DNA of 64,000 nucleotides from a virus: IMG/VR virus record IMGVR_UViG_3300032053_011398; one strand, 5' to 3'. Shown piece by piece: positions 47,456 to 56,753 of this stretch (position 1 is its first letter; each line of letters starts with the position of its first letter). The notes under the pieces were generated by a model. It saw only the letters and a program-made list of their open reading frames with translations, ran no database searches and was not told where the DNA came from. The position numbers and the translations under genes were made by a program.

Positions 47456-48423
47456 CCGCCGTCGAACAAATCATTCACGGCCTGCTCTCGGAAAAGGGCA
47501 CCGGCATCTACCTGAAGCACCTCCGCAGCGGGCCGCTATACACTTGCAAGTGCCCAAACTGCGGCACGCTTCATGGCGGATTCAGGAGCTACACCGAGGC
47601 TCAGGCGAACCTGAAGTGCCGCCGCTGCAACCGCACCGAAGTTGACAAGCTGAAGAAGGACGTGGAGAAAGTGGAGGAGCCGCCCAAACCGCAGAAGAAC
47701 ATCTTCCAAAACCCCCTCAAGAAACCGACCGTGATCGGCGAGAGCGAGGAAAGCGACTTCGAGGTCAAGGACGTGGGCCTGCCCACCCCGGAACACGTCG
47801 CCTACGAGATCGACGACGGCACTGAGCGATTCCCTGTGACCAACGAAGGCAAAATCGGTCGCCAGGGCTGGACGGACCTCAGCCAATTCAGTGGGCAGTG
47901 GCGGCTCATGGGCATCATGCACCAATTCAACGCTGCTGGGCAATGGCGGCGGTTCACCCCATGGTGCGAGATCGTCAAGCTCCTGGACAGCGGCGAGACG
48001 ATCAGCGGCCACATGTATGACTTCGACCACGGCGGCTATCGCCAATGGGGCAGAAAAGCAAAAGTTTACAAAATCGGCGTAAACGAATCCCTCGACGACG
48101 ACGAGGAGGAGCTTGAGGACGTGAAATCCATCCTCGGCGACATCCCGCTCGACCCCGACGCACCCACGGAGCCGGGACAGGTAAATATGTGGGTATGCGT
48201 AAACGCTCACTACAGGCAGGAGTTTTTTAGCCGCTACAAATTTTACGGGAATGGCTTTCCCAAGCGCGTGCGCGTGAGCGGCAAATGCAAAACCTGGAAA
48301 ACAAGACCAAATGAATTTAGGCTCCCAGTCAAGTATGGATTCAGTGAGAACCTTTATATCACCCATGATAACCAGGGCGACTGGAGCACAGTCCCCTTCG
48401 ACGCCAGCGGCAGGCCGGTATGA
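47452..48423 (+). CDS. multidomain hypothetical protein
   Basis: CPNC..CRRC; internal E-acidic-KD linkers; RVSGKCKTWKTRP.EF.LPVKYG domain. Confidence 0.75.
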   Translation: MTAVEQIIHGLLSEKGTGIYLKHLRSGPLYTCKCPNCGTLHGGFRSYTEAQANLKCRRCNRTEVDKLKKDVEKVEEPPKPQKNIFQNPLKKPTVIGESEESDFEVKDVGLPTPEHVAYEIDDGTERFPVTNEGKIGRQGWTDLSQFSGQWRLMGIMHQFNAAGQWRRFTPWCEIVKLLDSGETISGHMYDFDHGGYRQWGRKAKVYKIGVNESLDDDEEELEDVKSILGDIPLDPDAPTEPGQVNMWVCVNAHYRQEFFSRYKFYGNGFPKRVRVSGKCKTWKTRPNEFRLPVKYGFSENLYITHDNQGDWSTVPFDASGRPV

Positions 48424-48427
48424 CGGC

Positions 48428-49096
48428 GTGATCCAGGAGGCTTCGGCGCTCCTGAAAGACGGCCCGATCAGCTCCCTGACCCACATCCAGCGCCGTTGGT
48501 CGGACGTAAACTGGAACAAGATGGACGACCAGCGAGTGGCCACGGATGCCGAAGTCGCCCGCGACGGCACCCAGCGCATTACCCTTTACCCGTCGCTGCT
48601 GCAAAAGCCCAAGCAACTCGCCTGCTATACCTTGATCCGCGAGTTCGGGCACCTGCTCTACGGCAAGGCCCCGGAAAACTTGAAGCGCCGGTGGACGAAC
48701 AAGTTATGCCTCCCGGCCAGCGCACAAATTGATGCCGTTCAGCGCAAACTGACGCCCGACTTCAAAAGCTACCGGGACATGATGGAGTCCTTCAAGACTG
48801 CAATGGATCGCTACGTGGCGCTCAACATCGCCAACGCGCTCATCGCCAAAGGCGTGTCCTATGGCCAAGTGCAAAATGTAAACCTTCGCCAGTGGGGCGC
48901 GACGCAGGAATACGCCAACCGCCGCCGCTACCACGTCCTCATTCCCCTGGTCTCGGCCTACTCCTCAAAGGAAATCTTTGAAGACTTCGGAACCGCCCTG
49001 GCCGATTGGCTCTGCGGCACCAACGGGATCACGGAGTCCAGCGTGGCGGAAGCCACGCACGGGATCATCATGAGCATCCTGGAACTGCTGCGCTAA
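48428..49096 (+). CDS. hypothetical protein with degenerate zincin motif
   Basis: LIREFGH; GTG start just after the previous stop. Confidence 0.65.
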   Translation: MIQEASALLKDGPISSLTHIQRRWSDVNWNKMDDQRVATDAEVARDGTQRITLYPSLLQKPKQLACYTLIREFGHLLYGKAPENLKRRWTNKLCLPASAQIDAVQRKLTPDFKSYRDMMESFKTAMDRYVALNIANALIAKGVSYGQVQNVNLRQWGATQEYANRRRYHVLIPLVSAYSSKEIFEDFGTALADWLCGTNGITESSVAEATHGIIMSILELLR

Positions 49097-49773
49097 AGGC
49101 GCATCTTGAGCTTCTGCTCGGCCTCGCGCTTGGACATCATGAACTTGCTGCCGAACTCGTCAATGCCAAGGTAACCAACAAAAGCGATAATCTGGTTCGC
49201 CAGCGGCAACGCCCGAAACTCCTGCTCGCTCAGGCCGTGCATCTGAGCCACATTGGGCACCTTGGCATCCATCCATTGCTCTAATTTCCCACTCTCTGGC
49301 ACGCCGATTTCATACCAAGGAAACTTCTTCCGCTCATTCAGGAAGGCTGCGCGGGCAACCTTGTATTGGTCAATCAACTGGTCGCGCTTCCGCTCGTTGT
49401 CATTCCTCTGGCGCTGCTGCCACTCCAGGTCGCCGTCCGGGTCAACATAGTCAGGCGGGAACTGCTGGTCGATCTTGGCCATGACCTGCGGCGGAACCTC
49501 GACATCCTCGGACTTGATTTCCCCGATCTCCAACTGCTCCATCGTCTCCAGGCCCTCAAAGTGAAGCATCGTATGGGTCACTGGATTATACCAAGTGCCG
49601 CCGTATTCCCAAGGATCGCCGTAGTCACCTTCGATCTGCTCCCACCAACTATCGCCTTCGCCAATGGGATCGGTGACATCCTTCACATCAAAGTCATCCT
49701 CCTCGTCTTCCAGCAGATGGCGGACGATTTCCGGCGCGTCGATTTTATGCCAGAGTTTGGCGGTTTCGGACAT
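49093..49773 (-). CDS. hypothetical acidic protein
   Basis: HLLEDEEDDFDVKDV; GDPWEYGGTW. Confidence 0.75.
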   Translation of the reverse strand: MSETAKLWHKIDAPEIVRHLLEDEEDDFDVKDVTDPIGEGDSWWEQIEGDYGDPWEYGGTWYNPVTHTMLHFEGLETMEQLEIGEIKSEDVEVPPQVMAKIDQQFPPDYVDPDGDLEWQQRQRNDNERKRDQLIDQYKVARAAFLNERKKFPWYEIGVPESGKLEQWMDAKVPNVAQMHGLSEQEFRALPLANQIIAFVGYLGIDEFGSKFMMSKREAEQKLKMRL

Positions 49774-49833
49774 ATTATTCTTGCGCCTGTGGATGGATTA
49801 GCCTAAAGTTCAACGTGGTCAGTGCGGAAGCTC

Positions 49834-51564
49834 TCATCGCAGCAGCAGATTGACGCACTGGGCCGCACGCTCCTCGATCTGTTCCCGCAAGCCCCGGCGC
49901 TGGCCCATCCTCGCTTTGTGGTAGGCGGCGGGATCGGCGACGATGTTGGACGGGTTGAACTCCTCGCCCCATTCGCGGATTACGCGGAACGCCTGGCTGA
50001 AGCTCCGCGCCAAGCCTTGGAACACCTGGAGTTCAAGCGTCTCCCGCCAGTGCTTCACAATTTCGAGCCAGGTGAACTCCCGGCCCTCGGCACCAACCCG
50101 AAACTTGACACCCATATAGGGAGGCCGCAGTTCCACCAGATCATCCATGCTCGTCGTCGCCAGCATTTTGGTCGGCGGACCAGCTTTAATCTGGAATATG
50201 ATCGGGATTCTCTTAAAATCCTCCGCTCCGGCATTGCCTGCAAAATCGTAGGCATCCAGGCCGGACTGATACTGCGACCAAGCCGTCAAACCCTGCCTTC
50301 CATCCGCCGTGGCTTTGCTGAGCTGTTCCGGGTTGGAAATCTCCCATTCTTTTTGTCCGGCGCGGACAGCCGCCGCCAGCGTGAGTGGCACCAGGACATC
50401 GAGATTCGCGTCCGAATACAGGCGCTCGCCCCGGCCCACTTTGCCCTTTGGCCCAGCGTAGCGAACGTCGCCCATGATGCGCTCGCGCAGCGGGAGATTG
50501 GCGACGGCCTCGTTGGTCTTGCCCATCTCTTGGAGCGTCGGATATTTGCCAGTATAAACCAGATCGCCCTGTTTGGTCAGGGTCACCTTGCCGATGTCCA
50601 TGCTAAGGTCGATAGGCTCCCGCTCAGGAATGTGCTGCTCCGGGGGCAGGACTGCGTTCTTCTGCTTCACCGCCGCATTCCACTGATCGAGCTGCGAATT
50701 CCGCCGCTCTACCCGCGCTTTGTTGATGAGGAACTGGCGCATAGCACTATAAACCGACTCGTAGCGGCTTTCCTTGCCGCCCGGCCAATGACGCCAAAAA
50801 CCGAACAACACGTAGTGTTTGGAATCCTCGTCGCCGAACAGATACTCCCTGCGCCGGTCCTTTTCGACCGACTTCCATTCCTGCTCCGCCGCGTCCCGAT
50901 CCACGCCGCGCATCAGCTTGCTGAAAACGAACAGGGCGTGAACGCGGTCCCGCACCTTGGTTTCGAGCTGGTTCTTGATCCACTTCTTGATCTTGCCACT
51001 GACCAACGCCATCGCCACTTTCTCCTCCTTGCCGGGGGCTACGCTGTTCGTGCGAAGGACGTTAATGGTGTTGTTGAAGCGTTCGGAGATTTGCGGTGAA
51101 GCGGTAGCCTGAAACAAAGCCCCGGCCAGGCTGGGAAGTTCATGAAGCCCGCTAGTTTGGGCATAGGCACTGATCTCCTGGGTGGTAAGCCGGGTGTTCG
51201 GGGCCTCCACCTGGAACTTGCGGAAGAAATCCTCCGGGGTTTTCTCCGGTGTATCGTCACCCCACTGCTTCTTGGCCTTCTCGAACGCCTCTGCCCCGCC
51301 GCCTGCCTGGTAGAGCATCCAATCCAGGTAGCGTTTGTCGGGAGTATCGTCCAGTTCGGCGAACTTGTTGAAGACCTCCGGGTCGAGCAACGGGCCGCGA
51401 CCCAAGGGGCGGTTATCCGAGCCAACAGCATTGATGGCAACTGCCTCGTCCAGCCGATACTTCTTTTTCAGCTTGGCGAGCGCGGTTCCTGAACTCTTGC
51501 GGGTCTTGGCTTTCGGAGCGGGGGCCTCCGGGGCCTGACCGGGTTGTTCGATAGGTTCCGGCAT
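49834..51564 (-). CDS. hypothetical protein (probable virion protein)
   Basis: GTATTTA-N8-ATG at 51564; DDTPDKRYLDWML. Confidence 0.75.
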   Translation of the reverse strand: MPEPIEQPGQAPEAPAPKAKTRKSSGTALAKLKKKYRLDEAVAINAVGSDNRPLGRGPLLDPEVFNKFAELDDTPDKRYLDWMLYQAGGGAEAFEKAKKQWGDDTPEKTPEDFFRKFQVEAPNTRLTTQEISAYAQTSGLHELPSLAGALFQATASPQISERFNNTINVLRTNSVAPGKEEKVAMALVSGKIKKWIKNQLETKVRDRVHALFVFSKLMRGVDRDAAEQEWKSVEKDRRREYLFGDEDSKHYVLFGFWRHWPGGKESRYESVYSAMRQFLINKARVERRNSQLDQWNAAVKQKNAVLPPEQHIPEREPIDLSMDIGKVTLTKQGDLVYTGKYPTLQEMGKTNEAVANLPLRERIMGDVRYAGPKGKVGRGERLYSDANLDVLVPLTLAAAVRAGQKEWEISNPEQLSKATADGRQGLTAWSQYQSGLDAYDFAGNAGAEDFKRIPIIFQIKAGPPTKMLATTSMDDLVELRPPYMGVKFRVGAEGREFTWLEIVKHWRETLELQVFQGLARSFSQAFRVIREWGEEFNPSNIVADPAAYHKARMGQRRGLREQIEERAAQCVNLLLR

Positions 51565-51663
51565 ATCAAATCTAAATACGTTAAATTCCGTTCTTCCCTT
51601 GTGGTCAGTGCGGATACCATGCAGAACGGCATCATTGTCGGCTGAACGATTGAAAAAGTAAAC

Positions 51664-52197
51664 ATGGGCGTCACACCCGAACAATTTCGAGAGATGGAGT
51701 TGCGGAGCGAAGCCAACCGGCACAAGGGCCTGGCGGTTCGGTCCAGCCCTGCCCATATTTCGACTTTGGTCACGGAGTGGCCGTGGCCCCTATTGCCTTT
51801 GGCGAAATATGTAACCACGGAATTCGTTTTCCAGGGCAAGCCCATTGGCAAACCCCGGCAAACCCACCGCGACCAGTGGCAAAAACGACCCTGCGTCCTG
51901 CGCTACCGGGCCTTCGCAGACGCCATCCGGGCGGCGGCGGGAAACCTGCCCCCTGAGCCGGACATCGTGCTGGTCACGGCCTACATCCCCATGCCGCCCT
52001 CCTGGTCGAAAAAGAAAAAGGACGCGCTGGCGGGGCAGCCCTGCCGTCAAAAGCCCGACTGGGACAACATCGGCAAAGCCTGTTGCGATGCCCTGTTCGA
52101 CGAGGACGCCTGCATCTGGCTCGGTCTAACCGCCAAATACTGGTGCCGTGAGGGCCAGGAACGCCTCAGCGTGAAAGTGCTCTATGCTAAGTCCTAA
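51664..52197 (+). CDS. rusA: RusA-like Holliday junction resolvase
   Basis: PIGKPR, PPSWSKKK, KPDWDNIGKACCDAL. Confidence 0.9.
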   Translation: MGVTPEQFREMELRSEANRHKGLAVRSSPAHISTLVTEWPWPLLPLAKYVTTEFVFQGKPIGKPRQTHRDQWQKRPCVLRYRAFADAIRAAAGNLPPEPDIVLVTAYIPMPPSWSKKKKDALAGQPCRQKPDWDNIGKACCDALFDEDACIWLGLTAKYWCREGQERLSVKVLYAKS

Positions 52198-52543
52198 TGA
52201 CATCAACCCCAAGCACATCCACTCGCTCCAGGCGACGCTGATGAAGCATCGCTCGATACTTGATGAGCGCCGGATAACCGACCTCTACAAAGCAGCCAAA
52301 TCGCTGTTTTTCGCCGCGAATCCCTCGCCCAACCTACACCAGGACCAGACCATGTGGCGGTCGCGGATCGCTAACAGCGCCGTCGTGGTCTCCGCCTGCA
52401 CCGACGTTGAAACCGGGCTGTTCATCCAGCTCGCGGGCGACCCAAAGGCCCGTGAAGACGACCTGCTCTTGACGTTCGGCACGAAGTATTGCGTCGAGTG
52501 GAAGGACACCATGCGCCAAAATATGGCGACCAAAATTTGGTGA
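52184..52543 (+). CDS. hypothetical protein
   Basis: ORF overlapping the rusA stop. Confidence 0.55.
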   Translation: MLSPNDINPKHIHSLQATLMKHRSILDERRITDLYKAAKSLFFAANPSPNLHQDQTMWRSRIANSAVVVSACTDVETGLFIQLAGDPKAREDDLLLTFGTKYCVEWKDTMRQNMATKIW

Positions 52544-52567
52544 CCTGAAAAATATAAACTTCGGGAC

Positions 52568-52596
52568 TTGACCTCCGACTAGATTTCGTTTACATT
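52568..52596 (+). promoter_or_regulatory. sigma70-like promoter (leaderless)
   Basis: TTGACC-N17-TACATT-N8-ATG. Confidence 0.7.
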
Positions 52597-52604
52597 TCTG
52601 CCGT

Positions 52605-53294
52605 ATGAATGAAACTGACGAAATGCAACAGCAACGAAATACGAATCTCCGGTTCAACGGTCTCTGCATCAAGGCCCGTGAATGGCTCGTAGAGCAGCTA
52701 AAAGCCAAAGGATGTTCAAGCCGCATTGACGGCCATCGCGTCCTGACGACGGCGAAGGACGAAGCCACGGGCCTCAGCGCCGAAGCTCGCATCTCCATCT
52801 GGCTCAAGATGCGCGGCTTTTCCAAGGTCGCGCAGGGAATCAGCGTCAAGGTGGAGCGCGAACGGTATCCCATCAAATACGCGAGGGACACGGAGAAATG
52901 GGAAGATTTCCCCTGGGACAAAATCATCGCCGCCCACATGGAAGACCTCCAAGCCAGGCTGAGATCGAAAATCAGTTACCAAACGGAAGATGACGAGCGC
53001 GACCGCCAGCACGCGCTGGCTAAGGAAGAAGTTCCTTTGCCGCTGGACCCCGAACGCCATGATGGCGAGCACCTGTCCGGCTTTGAACGGCGGCGGCTTC
53101 GAGACGGCACCTACCATGTCCATGTTGACTGTCACCGCCTCACCGCCGAGCAGACACGGACGATCCGCGATTTCGTTCTGGCAGCTAACCAAGCTAATCA
53201 TGATCCAAAAAACCAAACAGTTGCAGAAACCAATCCGCCCCAAGAAGCGCCCGCCGAGAACACAAATCGTGTCGTTCCGGCTCCGGGAAACTGA
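52605..53294 (+). CDS. hypothetical protein
   Basis: ORF directly after the promoter. Confidence 0.7.
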   Translation: MNETDEMQQQRNTNLRFNGLCIKAREWLVEQLKAKGCSSRIDGHRVLTTAKDEATGLSAEARISIWLKMRGFSKVAQGISVKVERERYPIKYARDTEKWEDFPWDKIIAAHMEDLQARLRSKISYQTEDDERDRQHALAKEEVPLPLDPERHDGEHLSGFERRRLRDGTYHVHVDCHRLTAEQTRTIRDFVLAANQANHDPKNQTVAETNPPQEAPAENTNRVVPAPGN

Positions 53295-53718
53295 AGCCGC
53301 CCTGCTGCACAAAGACCAAGCGGAGCATCCGGTCAGCGGCATCGAGTCCTTGAAGCAGTTTATCCGCAAACTCAGCGTGGACTACGCGCTGGGGCGTCTC
53401 GTCTATGTCCAGCCCGTGGATCGAGCCATCGACTTCGATTCGCGGGACTACCTGCCCGTGGCCCCGCCCGACTGCCAGATTTCGGACAGGAAGTTCCTCA
53501 AGGTTCTGCGCGACTTCATCTCTATCCCAGAAAACTGGCATAAATTGCGCCTGTTTATGCTGCGGACAGGCTGGCCGGAAAAACTCAAGGCCGAGTTTCG
53601 GGACGCGAAGAACGACCAGGAGCGTCTGTTCGTTGCGCAGAAGCTACTCGCCCAAATGCTCATCAAAAACCATCCATCCCGCACTGACCATCGGCAGTCT
53701 AACCAAACAGCATCCTGA
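53200..53718 (+). CDS. putative ribbon-helix-helix DNA-binding protein
   Basis: RTQIVSFRLRETEAALL..SLKQFIRK (MobC/RHH-like). Confidence 0.55.
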   Translation: MIQKTKQLQKPIRPKKRPPRTQIVSFRLRETEAALLHKDQAEHPVSGIESLKQFIRKLSVDYALGRLVYVQPVDRAIDFDSRDYLPVAPPDCQISDRKFLKVLRDFISIPENWHKLRLFMLRTGWPEKLKAEFRDAKNDQERLFVAQKLLAQMLIKNHPSRTDHRQSNQTAS

Positions 53719-53771
53719 ACACAATCCAAAAAACTGGACCGCATCACCATCGCTGTCAAGAAATAAATTCC

Positions 53772-53954
53772 ATGAGTTATACGCTCACCAAAGACAACAT
53801 CCGGGTGCAAATCCGCATCACCAAGGACACCGCCGAAATGTTCAAAATTGTTGGCGGCAACACCTCCACCACCAAGACCGTTTTGACCCCTACCGAAGCC
53901 GTTCGGAAAGTGAACGAGCTAATCCAGGAAGGCTATACGGCGCACAAGCACTGA
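53772..53954 (+). CDS. small hypothetical protein
   Basis: 60-aa ORF ending ..NELIQEGY. Confidence 0.55.
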   Translation: MSYTLTKDNIRVQIRITKDTAEMFKIVGGNTSTTKTVLTPTEAVRKVNELIQEGYTAHKH

Positions 53955-53969
53955 TGGATTGGCAACCGC

Positions 53970-54338
53970 ATGAAACTGATGCCTTGGATCGCCCGTCTTC
54001 ACTGGAAGAACTGGCGCAAAGACCGCTGGGACTATCCACAGCTCTGGTATTGTATGCCGCGCCGTTGGGCACGGCCCATGCGTGACAAGCCTAAGAAATC
54101 ATGGTGGGGCTACCCGCTGCGCTGGTTCCTAGAGCGGCTGTGCGGCTGGCTAACCGGCCACGAGCACTCCAAGACCGAGTGGGGCTATGGCGGCGGCAAC
54201 ATGGTTGACCATAACTGCCGCTGGTGTGACAAAATGATGCGCGTGCCTCTGGCTGAATCGCCCCCGCCGCACCCAGCTTTGCGCGGCATCGTCGGTTCCA
54301 GCTTCGGCATTGACCCGGACAGCGGGAAACCTCTATGA
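53970..54338 (+). CDS. Trp-rich hypothetical protein
   Basis: ORF coupled to the next gene. Confidence 0.55.
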   Translation: MKLMPWIARLHWKNWRKDRWDYPQLWYCMPRRWARPMRDKPKKSWWGYPLRWFLERLCGWLTGHEHSKTEWGYGGGNMVDHNCRWCDKMMRVPLAESPPPHPALRGIVGSSFGIDPDSGKPL

Positions 54339-54736
54339 AAAAGACTAGAATGAAGAAACTCACCTCTTTCCAGCTCAAGGTCCAATCCTGCATGAACCAA
54401 GGCATGAAAACTTCCCGCGAGATTGCCGATGAACTTCATGCCAACGAAACTTACGTCTCTGAAGCGATGGATATTATTGAATCCAGGCGCTTTCCGAATA
54501 AACGGCAGTTCAGCTTCCCAACTCTGAAGAGCTGCCCTTGTTGTGGTGGAGCAGCGGAATGGGATTTGCCCCAGTTCATGCTGGCCGAAGCTAAATGCTG
54601 TTCCTGTGGCCTGAAGGTCCAACGCTACATGGTGAACGACCAGACCCTCCAGGTATGTATTGGCCTGGTCACTGATGTCTGGAACACGCGAACGGTTGGC
54701 CAAATACGGCGAAAGGATCACCATGTCACCGCATGA
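54335..54736 (+). CDS. HTH + Lar-like Zn-ribbon protein
   Basis: TSREIADEL; LKSCPCCGG..CCSCG..WNTR. Confidence 0.6.
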   Translation: MKKTRMKKLTSFQLKVQSCMNQGMKTSREIADELHANETYVSEAMDIIESRRFPNKRQFSFPTLKSCPCCGGAAEWDLPQFMLAEAKCCSCGLKVQRYMVNDQTLQVCIGLVTDVWNTRTVGQIRRKDHHVTA

Positions 54737-54938
54737 AGCAATGGGCTGGGTCGTGCTGACCCTCATTTTTGTGCTGGCAGGCAACGAGCTGGCTGCCCTT
54801 TTAGCCGAGCTGCTGAAGCTAGAGCCGCCGCATAAGATGCTCCTCAAGACCACCTTCCTCCTGATAACCATGGGCAACTTGGTTGCCATCATTCTCGCCC
54901 TCATCCTCCGCTCGCTAATTCCGTTCTACATGCCATGA
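54723..54938 (+). CDS. small membrane protein
   Basis: Two hydrophobic helices. Confidence 0.5.
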   Translation: MSPHEAMGWVVLTLIFVLAGNELAALLAELLKLEPPHKMLLKTTFLLITMGNLVAIILALILRSLIPFYMP

Positions 54939-55369
54939 ACAATATCGGCTTTTTGGCAGTTAAACAGAAAGATGGCTATCTGCTTGAAGGCAAAGACCAC
55001 GCGGCAAAGATTTTTGAGCGATACGGCGACGCACGGAGCGCCAGCGGCATTTTGGAAGGTCGGCAAGTTGTGGCCCTTCGCTACGACGAAGCGGTTCAAT
55101 CGCTGCTCAATGGGTCGGCTTTCTGCTTTGATTGCGACGAGGGCTTGGCGCGTTTCCACAGACGGCTGCGGAACGACATGGCCCACAAACACTTCCTGGC
55201 CAAGAGCCAGGACAAAACTTATGTGCGATGGAAAAAACTTGTTTCGAGCGATAGTGCTGGTGCCGGTCTGGCTGCTGACGCTGCTGCTCAAACCGCTCCT
55301 CCGGGACAATCACCCGTGGAAGCATCCGTCTTTAACCCTGCGGTCTTGGTGCGCGAGGGGAACCGATAG
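54935..55369 (+). CDS. hypothetical protein
   Basis: CGTTCT-N7-ATG start. Confidence 0.6.
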   Translation: MNNIGFLAVKQKDGYLLEGKDHAAKIFERYGDARSASGILEGRQVVALRYDEAVQSLLNGSAFCFDCDEGLARFHRRLRNDMAHKHFLAKSQDKTYVRWKKLVSSDSAGAGLAADAAAQTAPPGQSPVEASVFNPAVLVREGNR

Positions 55370-55444
55370 CGCCGTCCAATTCGGGATAGCGTTTTGGGTT
55401 CTTGGCCTGTGCCAGATCACCCTGTTCGTCCAGTTCTACATTTT

Positions 55445-55654
55445 ATGCCAAAAGTAAAGAAGAAAGTATCGGCTAAGCCAACGCCCAAAGAGAGCGATCA
55501 ATGCGCGTTTTGCGCTGGAACACTGACCCCGGACAAGCACGGCATCCTGCTGTGCTCCGAATGCCATCGCCCACCCGGACACATCAAACCCGAAATCAAA
55601 CCGCCCACCGTCGTTCATCCCCCGGTTGGCCCGCGCCGAATGATGCGCCCATGA
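55445..55654 (+). CDS. small Zn-ribbon protein
   Basis: CAFC..CSEC. Confidence 0.5.
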   Translation: MPKVKKKVSAKPTPKESDQCAFCAGTLTPDKHGILLCSECHRPPGHIKPEIKPPTVVHPPVGPRRMMRP

Positions 55655-56061
55655 AGCCCGTCCCCATCGACCTGCTCCAAAAAATCGCGGATGGCAAACT
55701 GGCGAACACCGGTGCCAATGTCTGGAATGCGCTGCACTACCGCGCTCACATCCAGGTCATTGGCACCGATGGCTACGTGTTCCAGAGTGTCCCCCGCCTG
55801 GACAAAGTGGCCGGGTTCCGGCTGACCAATCGTGGCCGAACGACGCTGGCCGGTGCCGGAACCAAACTGGTGTTTAACAAGAATGATTTGCCGCTCGACG
55901 AGCGCCTGTGGGTCAGCGCCTTTCGCCGTTTGTGCCGAAACTGTCCCAAGGGCCTGCACTTGGCTTACTCCGAAGGCCAGCTTCATGTCTTAAGCGAAGA
56001 CTCCGCTGGCCAGGTCAAGGATGATGACGCGCATCGGCTCTCGTCCATGAAAATTCGGTGA
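55651..56061 (+). CDS. hypothetical protein
   Basis: ORF ending within the 94-bp duplicate. Confidence 0.55.
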   Translation: MKPVPIDLLQKIADGKLANTGANVWNALHYRAHIQVIGTDGYVFQSVPRLDKVAGFRLTNRGRTTLAGAGTKLVFNKNDLPLDERLWVSAFRRLCRNCPKGLHLAYSEGQLHVLSEDSAGQVKDDDAHRLSSMKIR

Positions 56062-56079
56062 ACCGGCTACGCGAGCGCC
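55986..56079 (+). repeat. 94-bp exact duplicate of 36696-36789, abutting the array leader
   Basis: Direct sequence identity. Confidence 0.95.
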
Positions 56080-56171
56080 GCCTGGCCATCAGCCGAAACT
56101 GGCGGCTTCAAACGGCGGCGCTCGCTAATCGGCCAGTAAGCTGTTTTTTGATAATATATTGCGGCAAGGCA
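56071..56171 (+). promoter_or_regulatory. putative CRISPR leader
   Basis: 12-bp inverted repeat GCGAGCGCCGCC..GGCGGCGCTCGC, then AT-rich CTGTTTTTTGATAATATATT just before repeat 1. Confidence 0.6.
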
Positions 56172-56715
56172 GTCGCAGCAGCTAAAAAAGTTTGTGGTCA
56201 GTGCGGGAACCTCCAGAGCGTGCTCGACTACATCGAAAGCAAAGTCGCAGCAGCTAAAAAAGTTTGTGGTCAGTGCGGGGACCGTCTCAGCGCCAGGACG
56301 AACCTTCAGCGCCGGGTCGCAGCAGCTAAAAAAGTTTGTGGTCAGTGCGGGACGGACGCTCAGTTCGAGAAGCTGATTAACACCGTGACAAGTCGCAGCA
56401 GCTAAAAAAGTTTGTGGTCAGTGCGGGCTTCAAGGCCATGCCGACTTCCAGAAAGGATTTCAAGTCGCAGCAGCTAAAAAAGTTTGTGGTCAGTGCGGGT
56501 TTAGGGCGGTTTCCGGTTCCAGTTTAGGGGGCCGTGTCGCAGCAGCTAAAAAAGTTTGTGGTCAGTGCGGGGAGATCGTTGGCGCTGAGCTTGCCTGCGT
56601 AGAAGTCGTCGCAGCAGCTAAAAAAGTTTGTGGTCAGTGCGGGCGCGATGAGGGCATCAGCGGCACCAAAGAGGCGCTCGTCGCAGCAGCTAAAAAAGTT
56701 TGTGGTCAGTGCGGG
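56172..56715. CRISPR. orphan CRISPR-like array: 8 identical 36-bp repeats GTCGCAGCAGCTAAAAAAGTTTGTGGTCAGTGCGGG, 7 unique spacers (36,36,40,36,36,36,36 bp)
   Basis: Repeats start at 56172, 56244, 56316, 56392, 56464, 56536, 56608, 56680; no cas gene in the window. Confidence 0.95.
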
Positions 56716-56753
56716 GGAAGCTTGAAGTCAGCGCGGGCGCGGGTAATTAAGGC

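Noticed and set aside
43931-51099. Long antisense ORFs (e.g. 43931-45307, 47536-48579, 49822-51099; also 30790-31875, 23141-24073)
   Set aside because: Shadow frames of GC-rich genes on the opposite strand
36696-56079. DGR template/variable repeat pair
   Set aside because: Copies are identical with no adenine-specific differences, and no reverse transcriptase is in the window
56058-56405. ORFs with repeated VAAAKKVCGQCG or SQQLKKFVVSAG
   Set aside because: Translations of the CRISPR repeats, not proteins
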